Assembly (NCBI GenBank): GCA_963781885.1
Contig: CAWAHW010000005.1
Span: forward strand, 224,001-288,000
Source: an uncultured Spirochaetota bacterium
Lineage (GTDB): Bacteria > Spirochaetota > Spirochaetia > SZUA-6 > Fen-1364
Length of the DNA: 64,000 nt
Direction of reading: 5' to 3'
Position 1 is the first letter of the stretch. Every line of letters starts with the position of its first letter. A program made the position numbers and the translations under genes. This document shows, in pieces, positions 31,488-43,458 of the stretch. Under the pieces are notes generated by a model. That model saw nothing but the letters and a program-made list of their open reading frames with translations. It was not told the DNA's origin and made no database searches.

Positions 31488-32903
31488 TTAGCCGCCCTGA
31501 ACGAGCGCGGCGCTGCGTCGGCGCAGGCTCTCTGCGGCGGCGTCGGCGGCGCGGCGGACCGCCGTGCCTGACAGCCTGACGGGAAATGCCTGAACCGCAA
31601 CGACGCGTCCCGCCAGGACGCCGACCTTCAGGATGATGGAATCCTCTCCGCCGGCAGTGCCGTCCATGCCGGGGAATATGAAATTGCCCAGCGAGTAGGC
31701 AATCAGAGCCCCCCCGCGCGCCTCCAGGCCCTGGATGACATGCGGATGTGAGCCGATCACGAGATCGGCGCCCGCGTTCACCAGCGCGCGGTAGGAGCTC
31801 TCCTGCTGCGGCGTCGGGCGCGTGTTCCACTCCTCGCCGCCGTGCACGAAAGCTATGTTGAAGGACTGCGGCGAAAAGGCGCGCGCGGCGGCAGCGAGGC
31901 CGGCATCGTCCAGCCAGAGCATGCCGGCGGCATCCCCGGCGGCGCGCGCATCCCGCCTGCCGTCGAACCCCTTTGGGTCCGCCGGAAATGCGCCGAATGA
32001 CAGGACCCTGATCTCCGTCCCTTTGATGCTGACGACATAGGGAGCCTCGGCGTGGTTCTGATCGCGACCCACACCGGAGGTACCGATACCGGATGCTGCC
32101 AAAGCGCCAAGCGATTCGACAAAGCCCTGCCTGCCGAAATCAAAGCTGTGGTTGTTGGCGAGGGAGAGATAGGAGAATCCCGCCGACGCCAGACTCTCCA
32201 GTGCGCGCGGGTCGAAGCGGAAGTTGTACGACTTGAGCACAGGAACGCCGGATGCTCCCGCCACCGCCTCGAGATTGCCCAGGAGAAGGTCGGCCGCATG
32301 GAGAATCGGAAGCGTGTCCCCGAGGACGCGCGCAGGGCCGTCGGGCGCGAGCAGCGCCGCATCCACGCCCCGGGCCGGCATGATGTCGCCAACGGCCTCG
32401 ATCCAGGCGATCCGCGCGGGCGCAGGTGGGGCGGCGCGCGCAGGAAGGGAATCGAACCATGCGCGCAGATCGGGGTCATCGCCCTGAATCCCGACGGCGA
32501 GATCGCCGACGAGTGCGTAGCCCGGCTGGTCCGGGAAGAGTCCATCGAAAGGAAGCGCCGTGTCGGGAAGCGTGATGCTGTCCAGCGGGACGACGCGGAG
32601 GGAGCCTGTCGCCGCAGCCGCGCGGCTGGCCGGATGAGGCACCTCCCAGATTTTCGCGACGGGAGCCAGAAAGACGCTTTCGACGGTTCGGGATCCGGGA
32701 AATGCGCCGATGCGGATCACGATCCTGTCGGTCGCTTCCGGCGCGGATGGCACGATCCTGACGGTTCCAGGGGGTGGATGCGCGGCGGCCAGCTTCCCCC
32801 ACGCGCGCAGCAGGTTGTCAGGTGCGTCGAGGCTCACCGTGAGGCAGTCGCACGAGGCGAGCGCTGCCAGGAAAATCGCCAAAGAAATGAGAATGCGCCG
32901 CAT
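31488..32903 (-). CDS. CapA/PgsA family metallophosphatase-like protein
   Basis: VGDIM, GNLE, LANNHSFDFG, HGGEE, IGSHPHV, YSLGNF. Confidence 0.88.
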   Translation of the reverse strand: MRRILISLAIFLAALASCDCLTVSLDAPDNLLRAWGKLAAAHPPPGTVRIVPSAPEATDRIVIRIGAFPGSRTVESVFLAPVAKIWEVPHPASRAAAATGSLRVVPLDSITLPDTALPFDGLFPDQPGYALVGDLAVGIQGDDPDLRAWFDSLPARAAPPAPARIAWIEAVGDIMPARGVDAALLAPDGPARVLGDTLPILHAADLLLGNLEAVAGASGVPVLKSYNFRFDPRALESLASAGFSYLSLANNHSFDFGRQGFVESLGALAASGIGTSGVGRDQNHAEAPYVVSIKGTEIRVLSFGAFPADPKGFDGRRDARAAGDAAGMLWLDDAGLAAAARAFSPQSFNIAFVHGGEEWNTRPTPQQESSYRALVNAGADLVIGSHPHVIQGLEARGGALIAYSLGNFIFPGMDGTAGGEDSIILKVGVLAGRVVAVQAFPVRLSGTAVRRAADAAAESLRRRSAALVQGG

Positions 32904-33010
32904 GCCCGTGCACGACGCTACTCCGAATGGGGGAGGAGTGTCACCCGTTTCCGCACACGGTCCGAATCCCCGCTGATTGCGCCGCCATTGAAGAAAAGCT
33001 ATCATGCGGC

Positions 33011-34411
33011 ATGGTCAGACGTATCGAGGTATTCGACACGACGTTGCGGGACGGCAACAAGCTGCCGTTTGCCATGCTCTCCAGCGCCGACCGGCAGGCG
33101 CTTGCGGCGCAGCTCGCGCGGCTCGGCGTCGACGTCATGGAGGCGGGTTTCCCGTCTACCTCGCCGGAGGAGGCCGCGTGCGTCAGGCGCATCGGTGAAG
33201 AGACGCGGGGGCCTTATGTCGCCGCCCTTGCCCGCGCGCTTGCCTCCGACGTGGACACGGCGCTGGAAAGCCTTCGCAGCGCGCAGAAACCCTATATCCA
33301 CATCTACATGTCCGTTGCGCCGCTTTTTCTCCGGCAGGTTCTCAAGCTCCGCGAGGAACAAGCGCTGAAGAATCTCGGCACCTGCATCGCCACGGCGAAG
33401 GCGGCAAAAGTCAGGGTGCAGTTCTCGCTGAGCGAGGCGCCGCATGCGAGCGGCGCGTACTTTGCCGAGGTCTGTCGGGCCGCGGCGGAGTCCGGCGCCG
33501 ACGTCATCAACCTGGCGGACACGAACGGCATCATGGTCCCCGACGCCATGGCCGCGCTGGTGGAGGATGCCGCCCGCGCCATCGCGCCGCACCCGGCGAT
33601 CATCGGCGTGCACTGCCACAATGACCTGGGGCTCGCAACGGCGAACTCCCTCGCGGCGCTGCGGGCGGGCGCCGGCCATGTCGAAGTGACAGTCGGCGGC
33701 TTCGGGGAGCGCGCGGGCAATGCGGCGCTGGAGGAGATCGCCATGCTCCTCTCGGCCTACACCGGCCGGTTCGGGCTGACGCACGGCATCCGACTTGAAG
33801 AGATCGGTCCTACGGCGCGGCTATTCGAAAGCCTCACGGGCGTGCACGCGCACCCCAACAAGTCCATCATCGGCCAGGCTGCGCTCGTCGCGGCGCCGGG
33901 CGGCTTTGCGGGAGAGTCCCTGGACCCCGAGTTGAGGAAGCTGCTGGACGAGCGCACCATCGGCAGCACGCCGGGCGAGGCTCCTGCAGCGACGCCGGCG
34001 GAGCCCGACCAGGGGCCGTATGCCTTGGAGGCGTATAACGTGCTCAGCAGCTCCCATTCACCGCCCGTCGGGCTCGTCGTGATCAGACGCGACGGCAGGT
34101 CGCTCACGCAGACGTCGCACGGCAGCGGCCCCATCGATGCGCTCTTCAGCGCGGTGGACAAGGCGCTGGGCTTCTCCACGCGCATGGTCCTGTACTCCGT
34201 CTCCACGCTCGCGGCAGGATCGGAGGCGCTGGCCGAGGTGACCGTGACGGTCGAGCTGCGCGGACGGAGGTTCCACGGCCGACATCGCAGCACGGACGTG
34301 ATCGAGGCGAGCCTGCGCGCGTACCTTCGCGCGTGCAACGCCATTGGCGAATCGGGCATCCTGGAAGGTCCGTCCGAGTTCCACGTGACCGGCGAGTATC
34401 TCTGGGAGTAG
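33011..34411 (+). CDS. LeuA-like (DRE-TIM) synthase with C-terminal regulatory domain, divergent
   Basis: DTTLRDG, MEAGFP, HCHNDLG, GERAGNA, GSGPIDA, STDVIEAS. Confidence 0.8.
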   Translation: MVRRIEVFDTTLRDGNKLPFAMLSSADRQALAAQLARLGVDVMEAGFPSTSPEEAACVRRIGEETRGPYVAALARALASDVDTALESLRSAQKPYIHIYMSVAPLFLRQVLKLREEQALKNLGTCIATAKAAKVRVQFSLSEAPHASGAYFAEVCRAAAESGADVINLADTNGIMVPDAMAALVEDAARAIAPHPAIIGVHCHNDLGLATANSLAALRAGAGHVEVTVGGFGERAGNAALEEIAMLLSAYTGRFGLTHGIRLEEIGPTARLFESLTGVHAHPNKSIIGQAALVAAPGGFAGESLDPELRKLLDERTIGSTPGEAPAATPAEPDQGPYALEAYNVLSSSHSPPVGLVVIRRDGRSLTQTSHGSGPIDALFSAVDKALGFSTRMVLYSVSTLAAGSEALAEVTVTVELRGRRFHGRHRSTDVIEASLRAYLRACNAIGESGILEGPSEFHVTGEYLWE

Positions 34412-34435
34412 ACCGTCTATCGGCGCCGCCGAGCC

Positions 34436-35585
34436 TCAGTCGCGGCTCAGCCTGAGGCAGGAGACGACCGCGAGCAGCGGGAAAGCGGCGGCCACGATCA
34501 TCATCGTACGCATCCCGACGAGCTCCCCCAGGCTTCCCAGCGGCACCATGGCAAGACCCGCAAGACCCCAGGAGAGGCCCATGATCAGTGACGATGCCAT
34601 GGCAGGCGAGTTGCGGGAGTGTTTCTGTGCGAGCAGGATGAGAAGCGGGTTGGAAAACGTCAGCACGGTCCCCGCGCAGATGATGAGGATGGCCCCCGCA
34701 GCCGAAGGGAAGAGAAGGTAGCCGGCAAGGGCGAGGGGCGCGCCGACCGCGGCGGAGACGAGCACCAGGACCCTCTTGCCCGTCCTGCGGGAAAGCGAGC
34801 TCACGAAAATGGAGGCCACCGCGCCGATGGCGAGCATCACGGTGAAAAGGATGCCGATCGATGTCACGCTCGTTCCCTGCTCTGCCATGGAGACCGGGCA
34901 GGAAGGTGCTCAAGCCCCTCACACCGACGTTGAGACAGAAGTTGACGAAGATGAGCCGCAGGAGCATGACGAGGTCGGCGCGGTCGGCAAAGAGCTGCCG
35001 CCAGGTCGTGTGCGCGACGCCGAGGGTCCGCCTTTTCAGCTCGCGCGACGGCAGAAGAAGCGCGAGGCTCAGCGCGACGAGCACGGCAGGCACGGCGAGC
35101 ATCGGCGTGGCGTGAAAGCCCCACAGCGCAATGAAGAACGCGATGGCCGCCGGGCCCGCGGCATAGCCGAGATTTCCGCCGGCGCTGAATATCGCCATGC
35201 CGATCTCGGGGTGGCGTCCGCTCAGGCTGGGCGTCACCGAGGCGCCCTTGGGATGAAAGGCGGCCGAGCCCAGGCAGCCGAGGAACAACAGGCAAAGGAA
35301 GACGCCGAAAGACGGCGCGGGACCCAGGAAGCTCACAAGCACGCCGGTGAGGAGCGGCGCGAGGTACAGCGACGCGGAAACGCCGAACCTGTCGAAAAGC
35401 ATGCCAAAAAGGGGCTGGCTGAGGGCGGAGGCGAGCGCGGCGACCATCGAGACCGCGCCGACCAGCGAAAGGCTCAGGCCGAACTTCTCCATGATGATCG
35501 GATACAGCGGCGTGAGGAAGCCCATGTAGATGTCATTGAAAAAATGGGCCGTGGCGACGAGATAGAGGATGGGGGAAAGGGGCAC
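34436..35585 (-). CDS. MFS transporter, Fsr-like (frameshift near 34896)
   Basis: HFFNDIY, QPLFG, AAFHP, GGNLG; C-terminal half in ORF 34436..34888. Confidence 0.85.
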
Positions 35586-35601
35586 GCGGGGATCCCGATG
35601 C

Positions 35602-36165
35602 TCAGCTGTTCACACGTTCCTGGTATTCGCGCGTCTCCGTGTTCACCAGTATCTTGTCGCCCTGCTTGATGAAGAGCGGCACCTTCACCTTCAACCCCGT
35701 CTCACAGGTGATGACCTTCGTCGCGCCGCTCACCGTGTCGCCGCGCTCCGCTCTTTCCGCCTCGGAGACGGTGAAGATCATCTTCGTGGGCAGCTTGATG
35801 TCGATCGGGGTCTGCTCCCAGAAGACGACCTGGTAGTTCTCCCCGTCCTTGAGGAAGTCGCGCTTCTCCTCCTCCCCTTCGATGGGGATCGTGAACTGTT
35901 CGTAATTCTTCACATCCATGAAGGCGTAGCCTTCCGCGTCGGCGTAGAGGAACTGCACCTCCTTGAACTCGACGGAGACGTCCTCCAGGTTGTCCTGCAC
36001 TTTGTTCGTCTGCTGCAGGACGCGCCCGGTCTTGATGTTCTTCAGCTTCAGCCGTACGAACGCGGAGCCCTTGCCCGGGTTCACGTACTCCCGCTCCGTG
36101 CACACGTGGGGCTGGTTGTTGATGAGGATGAACGTGCCTTTTGCGATATCACTGGCCTTGATCAT
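35602..36165 (-). CDS. efp: Elongation factor P
   Basis: VNPGKGSAFVR, RGDT, VPLFI, NTETREY. Confidence 0.95.
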   Translation of the reverse strand: MIKASDIAKGTFILINNQPHVCTEREYVNPGKGSAFVRLKLKNIKTGRVLQQTNKVQDNLEDVSVEFKEVQFLYADAEGYAFMDVKNYEQFTIPIEGEEEKRDFLKDGENYQVVFWEQTPIDIKLPTKMIFTVSEAERAERGDTVSGATKVITCETGLKVKVPLFIKQGDKILVNTETREYQERVNS

Positions 36166-36186
36166 GTGATTCCTTTCGCGTCTTTT

Positions 36187-37180
36187 TCAGGAGTGTCCGT
36201 GCAGTATAGCGGAAATCGGGAACAAGATCACCCCCTCCAGGGATTTTTCCCGGCGGAAGACCATCTCCAGGCGATCCAGGCCGAGGGCGACGCCGGAACA
36301 TTCGGGAAAGCCGGCGGGGAATATCCGCGCGAGCTCCCGGTCTGTTTCGTGGGGAATGCGGGAGCCCTTCTTTCTCTCCTCCTCGTGGGCAATCAGCGCC
36401 CCCAGAAGGTCGGGGTCGGTTTCTTCCGTGTAAGCGTTGGCGATCTCCACGCCGTCCGCGTACAACTCCCACCGCTGCGACCACGGGGTGCCGGTCTTCT
36501 GCCGCGCGGTGGTGGGAACCTGCCGTGGATAGTCCAGGAGCACGAGCGGCTTCGCCCGGGAGAGATTCGGCTCGACCACGGTCAGAAAGATGATGTGGAA
36601 GGCCTCCTCCCACGTGGGCCGTGCCGGGCATGGCCACGCCGATGCGCGCTGCCTCGCGCACGAGGCTCCCCACCTCCTGGCATTTCTCCAGGTCGATTCC
36701 GGCGTGGCGCTGGAACGCCTCTGCCATCGTGAGCCGTCGGAAGGGCGGAGAAAGACGGCGGCGCGTGCCGGGCGCCGCATGCTCCATCAGGCAGTCGAAG
36801 AGCGCCTCGGTGTGATCGATGGATTCCCGGTAGCCTGCGTCCATCGTGTACCATTCGAGGAGGCGGAACTCGGGGTTGTGATGGGGGCTGTCCACGTCGC
36901 CGTTCCTGAAGCTCCTGCTCACCTGGTAGATGTTGCCCGATCCGAGAGCAAGCAGGCGCTTCATCCACAGCTCGGGAGAGGGGATGAGCCACAGCGGCCG
37001 GGGCTCGCCTCGTCGATCCAGCAGCTCCGTGCGGAAGACCTCAATAGCGGGCTCGGGGATGAGAAAGGGCGCCAGCGTCGGGGTATCGACCTCCACGTAG
37101 CCGCGGCTGTCGAAAAACGCGCGCACGGATGCCTGGAACCGTGCCTGTCGGATGAGCCTCTTTCGGAGCGTGGATTCCAT
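36187..37180 (-). CDS. epmA: EF-P lysine aminoacylase EpmA/GenX (frameshift near 36622)
   Basis: SPELWMKRLLA, FRNGD..HHNPEF, EIANAY.E, CSGVALGLDRL; adjacent to efp. Confidence 0.9.
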
Positions 37181-37306
37181 TCCGGGGGGAGTATAGCAGA
37201 AAAAGCGCCGCGGTTTCGCGTCTGCGGCGGCGCGCGGCCTGCGCGAATGTCACCAGGAGTGACTGCGATAGACACGGCCGGGCATGATCCGTATATTGAT
37301 TGGGCC

Positions 37307-40275
37307 ATGGAAACCCGTGAATCGATACACGGCTTTGACGTCGTTCTCACGGCGCGCACTGCCCGAATACCGGGCGGATGGCCTGCATCTGCGCCACCGG
37401 GCGACCGGATGCGAGGTTCTCCATCTTGCCACCGCGGACACCGAGAATCTTTTTGCATTCTGCTTCACGACGCCACCGCGTGACGATACGGGGGTGTCCC
37501 ACATCGTCGAGCATTCCGTGCTCAGCGGCTCGGCCAAGTATCCCGTGAAGGAGCCTTTCTCCGTGCTCATGAAGGGGAGCATGCACACCTTCCTCAATGC
37601 GCTCACGTACCCCGACCGCACCGTCTATCCCGCATCAAGCTGCAATCACGCAGATTTCTTCAACCTTCTCGACGTCTACGGGGATGCCGTCTTCCACCCT
37701 CTCTTGCGGAAGGAAACATTCATGCAGGAGGCGTGGCGGCTGGAGGCGGGGGAGGGGGGACGCGGAAGGGCCGCGGTACGTCGGGATTGTCTACAACGAG
37801 ATGAAGGGCGCGCGCGCGAGCCCCGATTCCATCGCCGCCGAATGGACGGCGCGCTCGCTGATGCCCGACACCCCCTACCGCTACGATTCGGGGGGCGATC
37901 CAGCCCATATCCCCGGGCTCAGCCTGGAGGCCGCGCGCGCGTTCCAGGCAGGCTTCTATCATCCTTCCAATTGCCGGATATTCCTCTACGGCGACATCCC
38001 GGTGGAGGAGCTCCTGGCCTTCCTCGATGAGAAGCTGCTCCGCGGCTACACGGCGCAGAGCGTCGATGCGGCGGTCCTGTCCCAGAAGGCGTGGTCCGCG
38101 CCGCGCCGGGTGGTGAAGACCTACCCCGTGATGCCGGAAACTCCGCTGGAAAAGCGGGCCATCGTCACCCTTGCGTGGCTGCTGCCGGCCGTCACGGACT
38201 CCGTGGAGCTGGTCACGCACGAGGTGCTCTCCGAGGTCCTGGTAGAAAGCGCCGGCTCGCCGCTGCGCAAGGCGCTCATCGATTCCGGTCTCGGAGAGGA
38301 TCTCTCCCCCGTGAGCGGCCTGGAGACCGATCTCAAGCAGATGATATTCGCCGTCGGGCTCCGGGGAACGGACGCCGACCGCGAGGAACCCATCACGCGC
38401 CTTATCCTCGATACGATCGGCGCGCTCTGCCGGGACGGGCTCGACCGGGGGCTCGTGCAGTCGATGATAAACCGGGTGGAGTTCCGCCACCGGGAGATCA
38501 AGGGAAGCGGATCGCCGTATGGCCTCCGTCTCATGGGGCGCGCCCTGCGCGGTTGGGTCCACGGCGCGGATCCTTTTGATGCGCTGGAGTTTTCCCGTTC
38601 GATGAAGGAGCTCACGGCCCGCATGGCTTCCGATCCGCGCTACCTGGAAAAGAGGCTGGACGCGGGTTTCATCTCCAATCCCCATCGCCTGACGCTCGTC
38701 GTCGACGCCGACCGGGGGCAGGAGCAGCGCGAGCAGGAGGAGGAAAAGGCGAGGATTGCATCCGTCTGGTCGCGCCTGTCGCCTGCCGAACAAGAGGCGG
38801 TGCGCGGAGAGACGCGTGCGTTCAAGGAGTACCAGGCAGCGCCGGACTCGCCTGAATCGCTCGCCCTTATCCCGTCGCTGCGTCGCACGGACATACCTGA
38901 AGCCGTGGAGCGGATCCCCCACAAGGACACCGTGACGGCGTCCGGCGTGCCGCTCGCGTTGCACGATATCTTCACGAATGAGATCGTCTACCTGGACCTC
39001 GTGTTTCCGACGGAATCGCTCACCGGGGAGCACTCGCTCCTTTTGCCTCTTTTCGGCAAAGCCGTGTGCGGCTCCGGGCTTCCCGGCACGCCGTATGACC
39101 ACGTGGCCCTCGATCTCTTCCGTCTCACGGGGGGCTTTTCCGCCGCTCTCGACGCCGGAGGGATCGCCGGCAGTGAGACGGACTTTGCCCAGCACATCTT
39201 TTTCCGCACGCGCTTCCTGCGCCAGAATCTCCGGGACGCGACTGCCCTGATCGCGCGCCTCCTGACCGCGGCGGACTTCCGGGATCTGGAGAGGCTGCGG
39301 GACATGATCCTGGAGCTGCGCAACGACATGAAGGCGGCGCTCGTGCCCAGCGGTCACCATTTCGCCATGCTCCGCGCGGCCGGCATGATCTCCGCGTCCG
39401 TCGCACGCGAAGAAGAGTGGAGGGGCATCACGCAGCTCCTCTACCTTGAAAAGCTCGCGGGAACGCTGGAGACGGACCTTCCAAGGATCGCCGGCGCGCT
39501 GGAGCAGATTCGCGCGGCGCTGCTGTCGAAAAATCTTCTCATCGCGAACGCCACGTCCGCCGTCGACAGCTTCGAAGAAACGGCGCGCGCCGTGGACCGG
39601 CTCGCCTCCGCCCTTCCGGCCTCCGCGACCTCCATGGCGGCGCGCGCGGCGGCGGGCTCCAAGGCCCGGCCGCCAGGGCTCGGCGCGGAGTCGCTCGTGG
39701 CAAGCGCTCCCGTCGGATACGTCGCGCGCGCGGTGCCGGGCATCCGATTCGACCATCCCCTGAGCGGACCCATCGCCGTGCTGGGCCACATGCTCTCCAC
39801 GGGATACCTCTGGGAGAAAGTGCGCATGGAAGGGGGCGCTTATGGCGCCTTCTCATACCCGCGGAACATGGACGGCCTCTTCCTGATGGGATCCTACCGC
39901 GACCCCCATATCGTGCGGACCATCCACGCATTCGACGACGCTCTTGCTTTGATGGAGGAGGGTGAGCTTCCACCGGAGGAAGTGGACCGGGCCGTCATCG
40001 GCACCATCGGCAGGGAAGACCGACCGCTGGATCCGGGGGAAAAGGGCTTCGTGAGCATCCAGCGCAAGCTGCACGGGGTCACTGACGACGCACGCCAGGC
40101 GCGCCGGAGCGCCTTACTTGCCGCGGACAGGAAAGGGATCGCCGAAGCGGCGCATCTCCTGCGCGCTTCCGCCGGTCGGGGCTTCACGGCTGTGATCGCC
40201 AATCGCGCGGCGCTCGCCGAGGCGGCCGCGGAGATGCCGGCGCTCGCGGGCAGGATCATCGAGCTTCCGGAATAG
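37307..40275 (+). CDS. M16C presequence-protease-like insulinase (frameshifts near 37345 and 37755)
   Basis: HIVEHSVLSGS (HxxEH), FLNALTYPD, GIVYNEMKG, YHPSN, VRMEGGAYG, SYRDP. Confidence 0.9.
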
Positions 40276-40290
40276 AAAGATGCGGCAGTC

Positions 40291-41218
40291 ATGAATCTCG
40301 AAGTATTCGTTCTGGGCACGGGGGGAATGATGCCCCTGCCCGGGCAGGGGCCTGACCTCGGTCCTCGTGCGGCGCGAGGGGGAGCTTTTCCTCTTCGACT
40401 GCGGGGAAGGCACGCAGATCGCGCTGCGGCGGCTGAACCTCCGGTGGAAGAAGATCACGAGCATTTTCATCTCCCACACCCATGCAGATCACGTCACGGG
40501 CCTCCCCGGCATCCTCATGCTCTCGTCCCAGGTGGACAGGAGCGAGCCCCTCTGCATCTATGGTCCGCCGAAGATCCGCGAGTTCGTCGAGGCGATGCGG
40601 CGCACTCTGGACATGTACATCAACTACGAAATCGTCGTGCGCGAGATCGAAGGAGGCACGACGGTGGTGCAGACGCCGGAGTATGCCATCAAAGCGCATA
40701 CACTCGTGCACACGAAGCCGTGCCTCGGCTACAGCCTCGTGGAGAACGAACGCCCGGGCATATTTTTCCCCGACAAGGCCCTTGCCCTCGGCGTCCCGCG
40801 CGGCCCGCTGTGGTCCAAGCTCCAGAGCGGCGAGGCGGTCTGTCTCCCCGACGGCGCGACCGTGCGGTCCGACCAGGTCATGGGCGACGAGCGCAAAGGC
40901 CGCAAGTTCTGCTTCGCCACGGACACGACCGCGGCGCCGGGGCTTGCCGATTTCGCCCGCAACGCGGACCTTTTCATCTGCGAAGGAATGTTCTCCAACG
41001 AGTTCACCGACACCGCCGCGGAAAAGAGGCACCTGACGGCGTCGCAGGCGGCGCGTCTGGCCCGGGAGGGAAACGTGAAGAAGCTCGGGCTCATCCATTA
41101 CAGCCCGCGGTATTCCGAGCGGGAGCTGAAGACGCTGCTGGGCGAGGCGCGGGAGATATTCCCCGAAGCGTTTCTCACGCGCGATCTCCAGCACATCGAG
41201 ATGCCATTCGAGGATTAG
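40291..41218 (+). CDS. rnz: Ribonuclease Z (frameshift near 40343)
   Basis: LGTGG, FDCGEGTQ, SHTHADH, GVPRGP exosite, HYSPRY. Confidence 0.93.
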
Positions 41219-41252
41219 CAAAGTCGGCGGAAAAAGCGGGCAGGGAGAAGGT

Positions 41253-42176
41253 ATGAGAATCGCAATCGTCGGCTCGGGCGCCATGGGATCGCTTTTCGGA
41301 GGGAAGCTTTCGCTCGCGGGGCATGACGTGGTGCTCTACGATGTCTACCGCGAGCACATCGATGCGATCGTCTCCGCCGGACTCGCCATCGAGGAGGCCG
41401 CCACCGGCCAGGTGACAGTCGCGCGTCCGCGCGCCAGCGTGGATCCTTCCGCCGTCGCCGATGCGGAGGCCCTCATCATCTTCGTCAAGTCGACGGCCAC
41501 GGAGGCGGCGGCGGAGCAATTCTGCCGCATCTCCTCCCGGGCGGCGATCGTCCTCACCCTGCAGAACGGGCTGGGAAACGAGGAGATCATCCGGGCACAT
41601 TTCGGTGCGGAGCGCACGGCGGCCGGTGTCACGTCGCAGGGCGCGACATTCCTCGGGCCCGGCCGCATCCGTCACGCCGGGACGGGCCCGACGCACATGA
41701 GCATGTCCGACGGGAACAACGCGCGGCTGGACGCCCTTGCAAAAGCCCTGTCCTCCGCTGGCTTCGAAACCCACGTGGAGAAGGACGTCTCGGGCTTGAT
41801 CTGGAGCAAGCTGGTGATCAATGTGGGTATCAACGCGCTTACGGCCCTCACGGCACAGACGAATGGGCGCCTTCTGGAATCGGAGGAGACGCGATCTCTG
41901 ATGGAAGACCTTGTGAAAGAAGCGGTCGTCGTTGCGCGCGCACGGAATATTCATCTCAGCGACGACGATCCCATCGGCCGGGTGCGCGAGGTCGCGGCGA
42001 TGACGGGCGCGAATCGCTCGTCGATGCTCCAGGATTTCGACCGCAAGCGCCCGTCGGAGATCGACTTCATGAACGGCGCCATCGTGCGGGAGGCCGCGCG
42101 GCTGGGCATCCCCGCGCCCGTCAATGCCACCGTCACGCGGCTCGTGAAGGCCGTGGAAAAGGCGCGTCAGGGATGA
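41253..42176 (+). CDS. panE: 2-dehydropantoate 2-reductase
   Basis: GSGAMG, LQNGLG, WSKLVIN, SSMLQD, EIDFMNG. Confidence 0.92.
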   Translation: MRIAIVGSGAMGSLFGGKLSLAGHDVVLYDVYREHIDAIVSAGLAIEEAATGQVTVARPRASVDPSAVADAEALIIFVKSTATEAAAEQFCRISSRAAIVLTLQNGLGNEEIIRAHFGAERTAAGVTSQGATFLGPGRIRHAGTGPTHMSMSDGNNARLDALAKALSSAGFETHVEKDVSGLIWSKLVINVGINALTALTAQTNGRLLESEETRSLMEDLVKEAVVVARARNIHLSDDDPIGRVREVAAMTGANRSSMLQDFDRKRPSEIDFMNGAIVREAARLGIPAPVNATVTRLVKAVEKARQG

Positions 42177-43423
42177 TCTCCGCGGACGAAGAGCGCCTTC
42201 TTTCACGCGTGAAAATCGAAGAGCTCGTGACGTTGACGCAGGACCTCGTCCGCATCGATTCGGTCATCCGGCCCGAGACGGGAGGCACGGAGAGGAACGT
42301 CGTCGCCTATCTTGCAGACTGGATCCGCCGCGAGCTCTCCTGCGAGCCCCTGATCGAGCAGGTCGTTGACGGTCGGGAGAACCTCATCGTCACGATCGAC
42401 TCGGGCCGGCCCGGGCCCTGCCTCATGCTCGAAGGGCACACCGACGTCGTGAGTGAAGGAAGCCGCGACAGGTGGCAGCACGATCCCTTCGGCGGGGAGG
42501 TGGTGGACGGCCGGTTGTACGGCCGCGGCTCCTGCGACATGAAGGCGGGTCTTGCCGTCGCCCTGGTCACGGCGCGCACCCTCGCGCGGGCGGGCGGGGG
42601 ATGGTGCGGCAGGCTGCGACTGGGTTTCCTCTGTGATGAGGAAGGCATGATGCTCGGCATCAAGCACTACATCCAGGCCGGCCATGCGGATGACGTCACC
42701 GCCTGCCTCCTGCCGGAGCCCGAAGAGAACAATCTCTGCATCAGCATGAAGGGAGCGATCCGCGCCATCGTGCGCGTGCGGGGCAGGATGGCCCACGGGG
42801 CGATGCCGCTGACCGGCATCAACCCGAACACCCGCCTGGCGCGCATCGTCCTTGCTTTTGAAAAATACGAGACGGAGGAAAAGGCCCGGTGTGGCCGGGA
42901 CCCCTTCCTGGGTCTCCCCTCCGTGACGTTCACGGTCCTTCAGGCGCCGCCCACGGGTAGCCCTGCCCAGCTCAACGTGATGCCTGGCGAGGCGGAAGCG
43001 TTTGTCGACATCCGCACGACCCTCGGCCAGAGCCACGAACAGGTGCGGGACGATCTGCGGGCAATACTCAGGCTTCTTGCCTCCGCCGACCCGGATTTTC
43101 ATGCGGACATCGACTTCATCGATGACCGACCCGTCGTGGGAATACCGAAGGACGAGCCAATCGCGCGCATTTCCGCGGAGGCATTCCGGGAGGCAACCGG
43201 GCGTGAGCCTGTTTGGAATGGGGTTCCCGGGGCTACGGATGGCACATTCCTCAGTTCGATGAAAGGCATACCGTGCCTGGTTAATGGCCCCGGACCAAGG
43301 CATATGCCTCATCAGACGGACGAATATGTCGAAGTCGGGCAGGTATACGAAGCAGCTTGTATTTATGTGCTCACGGCAATACGTTATCTGGCATGGAAGC
43401 CTGATATCTCAGATCGTCATTGA
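42173..43423 (+). CDS. M20 family (ArgE/DapE-like) metallopeptidase/deacylase
   Basis: GHTDVV, GRGSCDMKAG, DEE, TDG, HQTDE. Confidence 0.9.
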   Translation: MISADEERLLSRVKIEELVTLTQDLVRIDSVIRPETGGTERNVVAYLADWIRRELSCEPLIEQVVDGRENLIVTIDSGRPGPCLMLEGHTDVVSEGSRDRWQHDPFGGEVVDGRLYGRGSCDMKAGLAVALVTARTLARAGGGWCGRLRLGFLCDEEGMMLGIKHYIQAGHADDVTACLLPEPEENNLCISMKGAIRAIVRVRGRMAHGAMPLTGINPNTRLARIVLAFEKYETEEKARCGRDPFLGLPSVTFTVLQAPPTGSPAQLNVMPGEAEAFVDIRTTLGQSHEQVRDDLRAILRLLASADPDFHADIDFIDDRPVVGIPKDEPIARISAEAFREATGREPVWNGVPGATDGTFLSSMKGIPCLVNGPGPRHMPHQTDEYVEVGQVYEAACIYVLTAIRYLAWKPDISDRH

Positions 43424-43448
43424 CAGATGGCTGGCAATCCCATAAAAT
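43420..43448 (+). promoter_or_regulatory. sigma70 promoter TTGACA-17-TAAAAT for the Liv-type ABC operon
   Basis: Read directly; an imperfect palindrome CTGATATCTCAG (43401-43412) lies just upstream. Confidence 0.65.
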
Positions 43449-43458
43449 CGGCGGATAT

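Noticed and set aside
40291-41218. Pseudogene calls for rnz and other frameshifted genes
   Set aside because: Catalytic motifs are intact on both sides of single indels; sequencing error is more parsimonious
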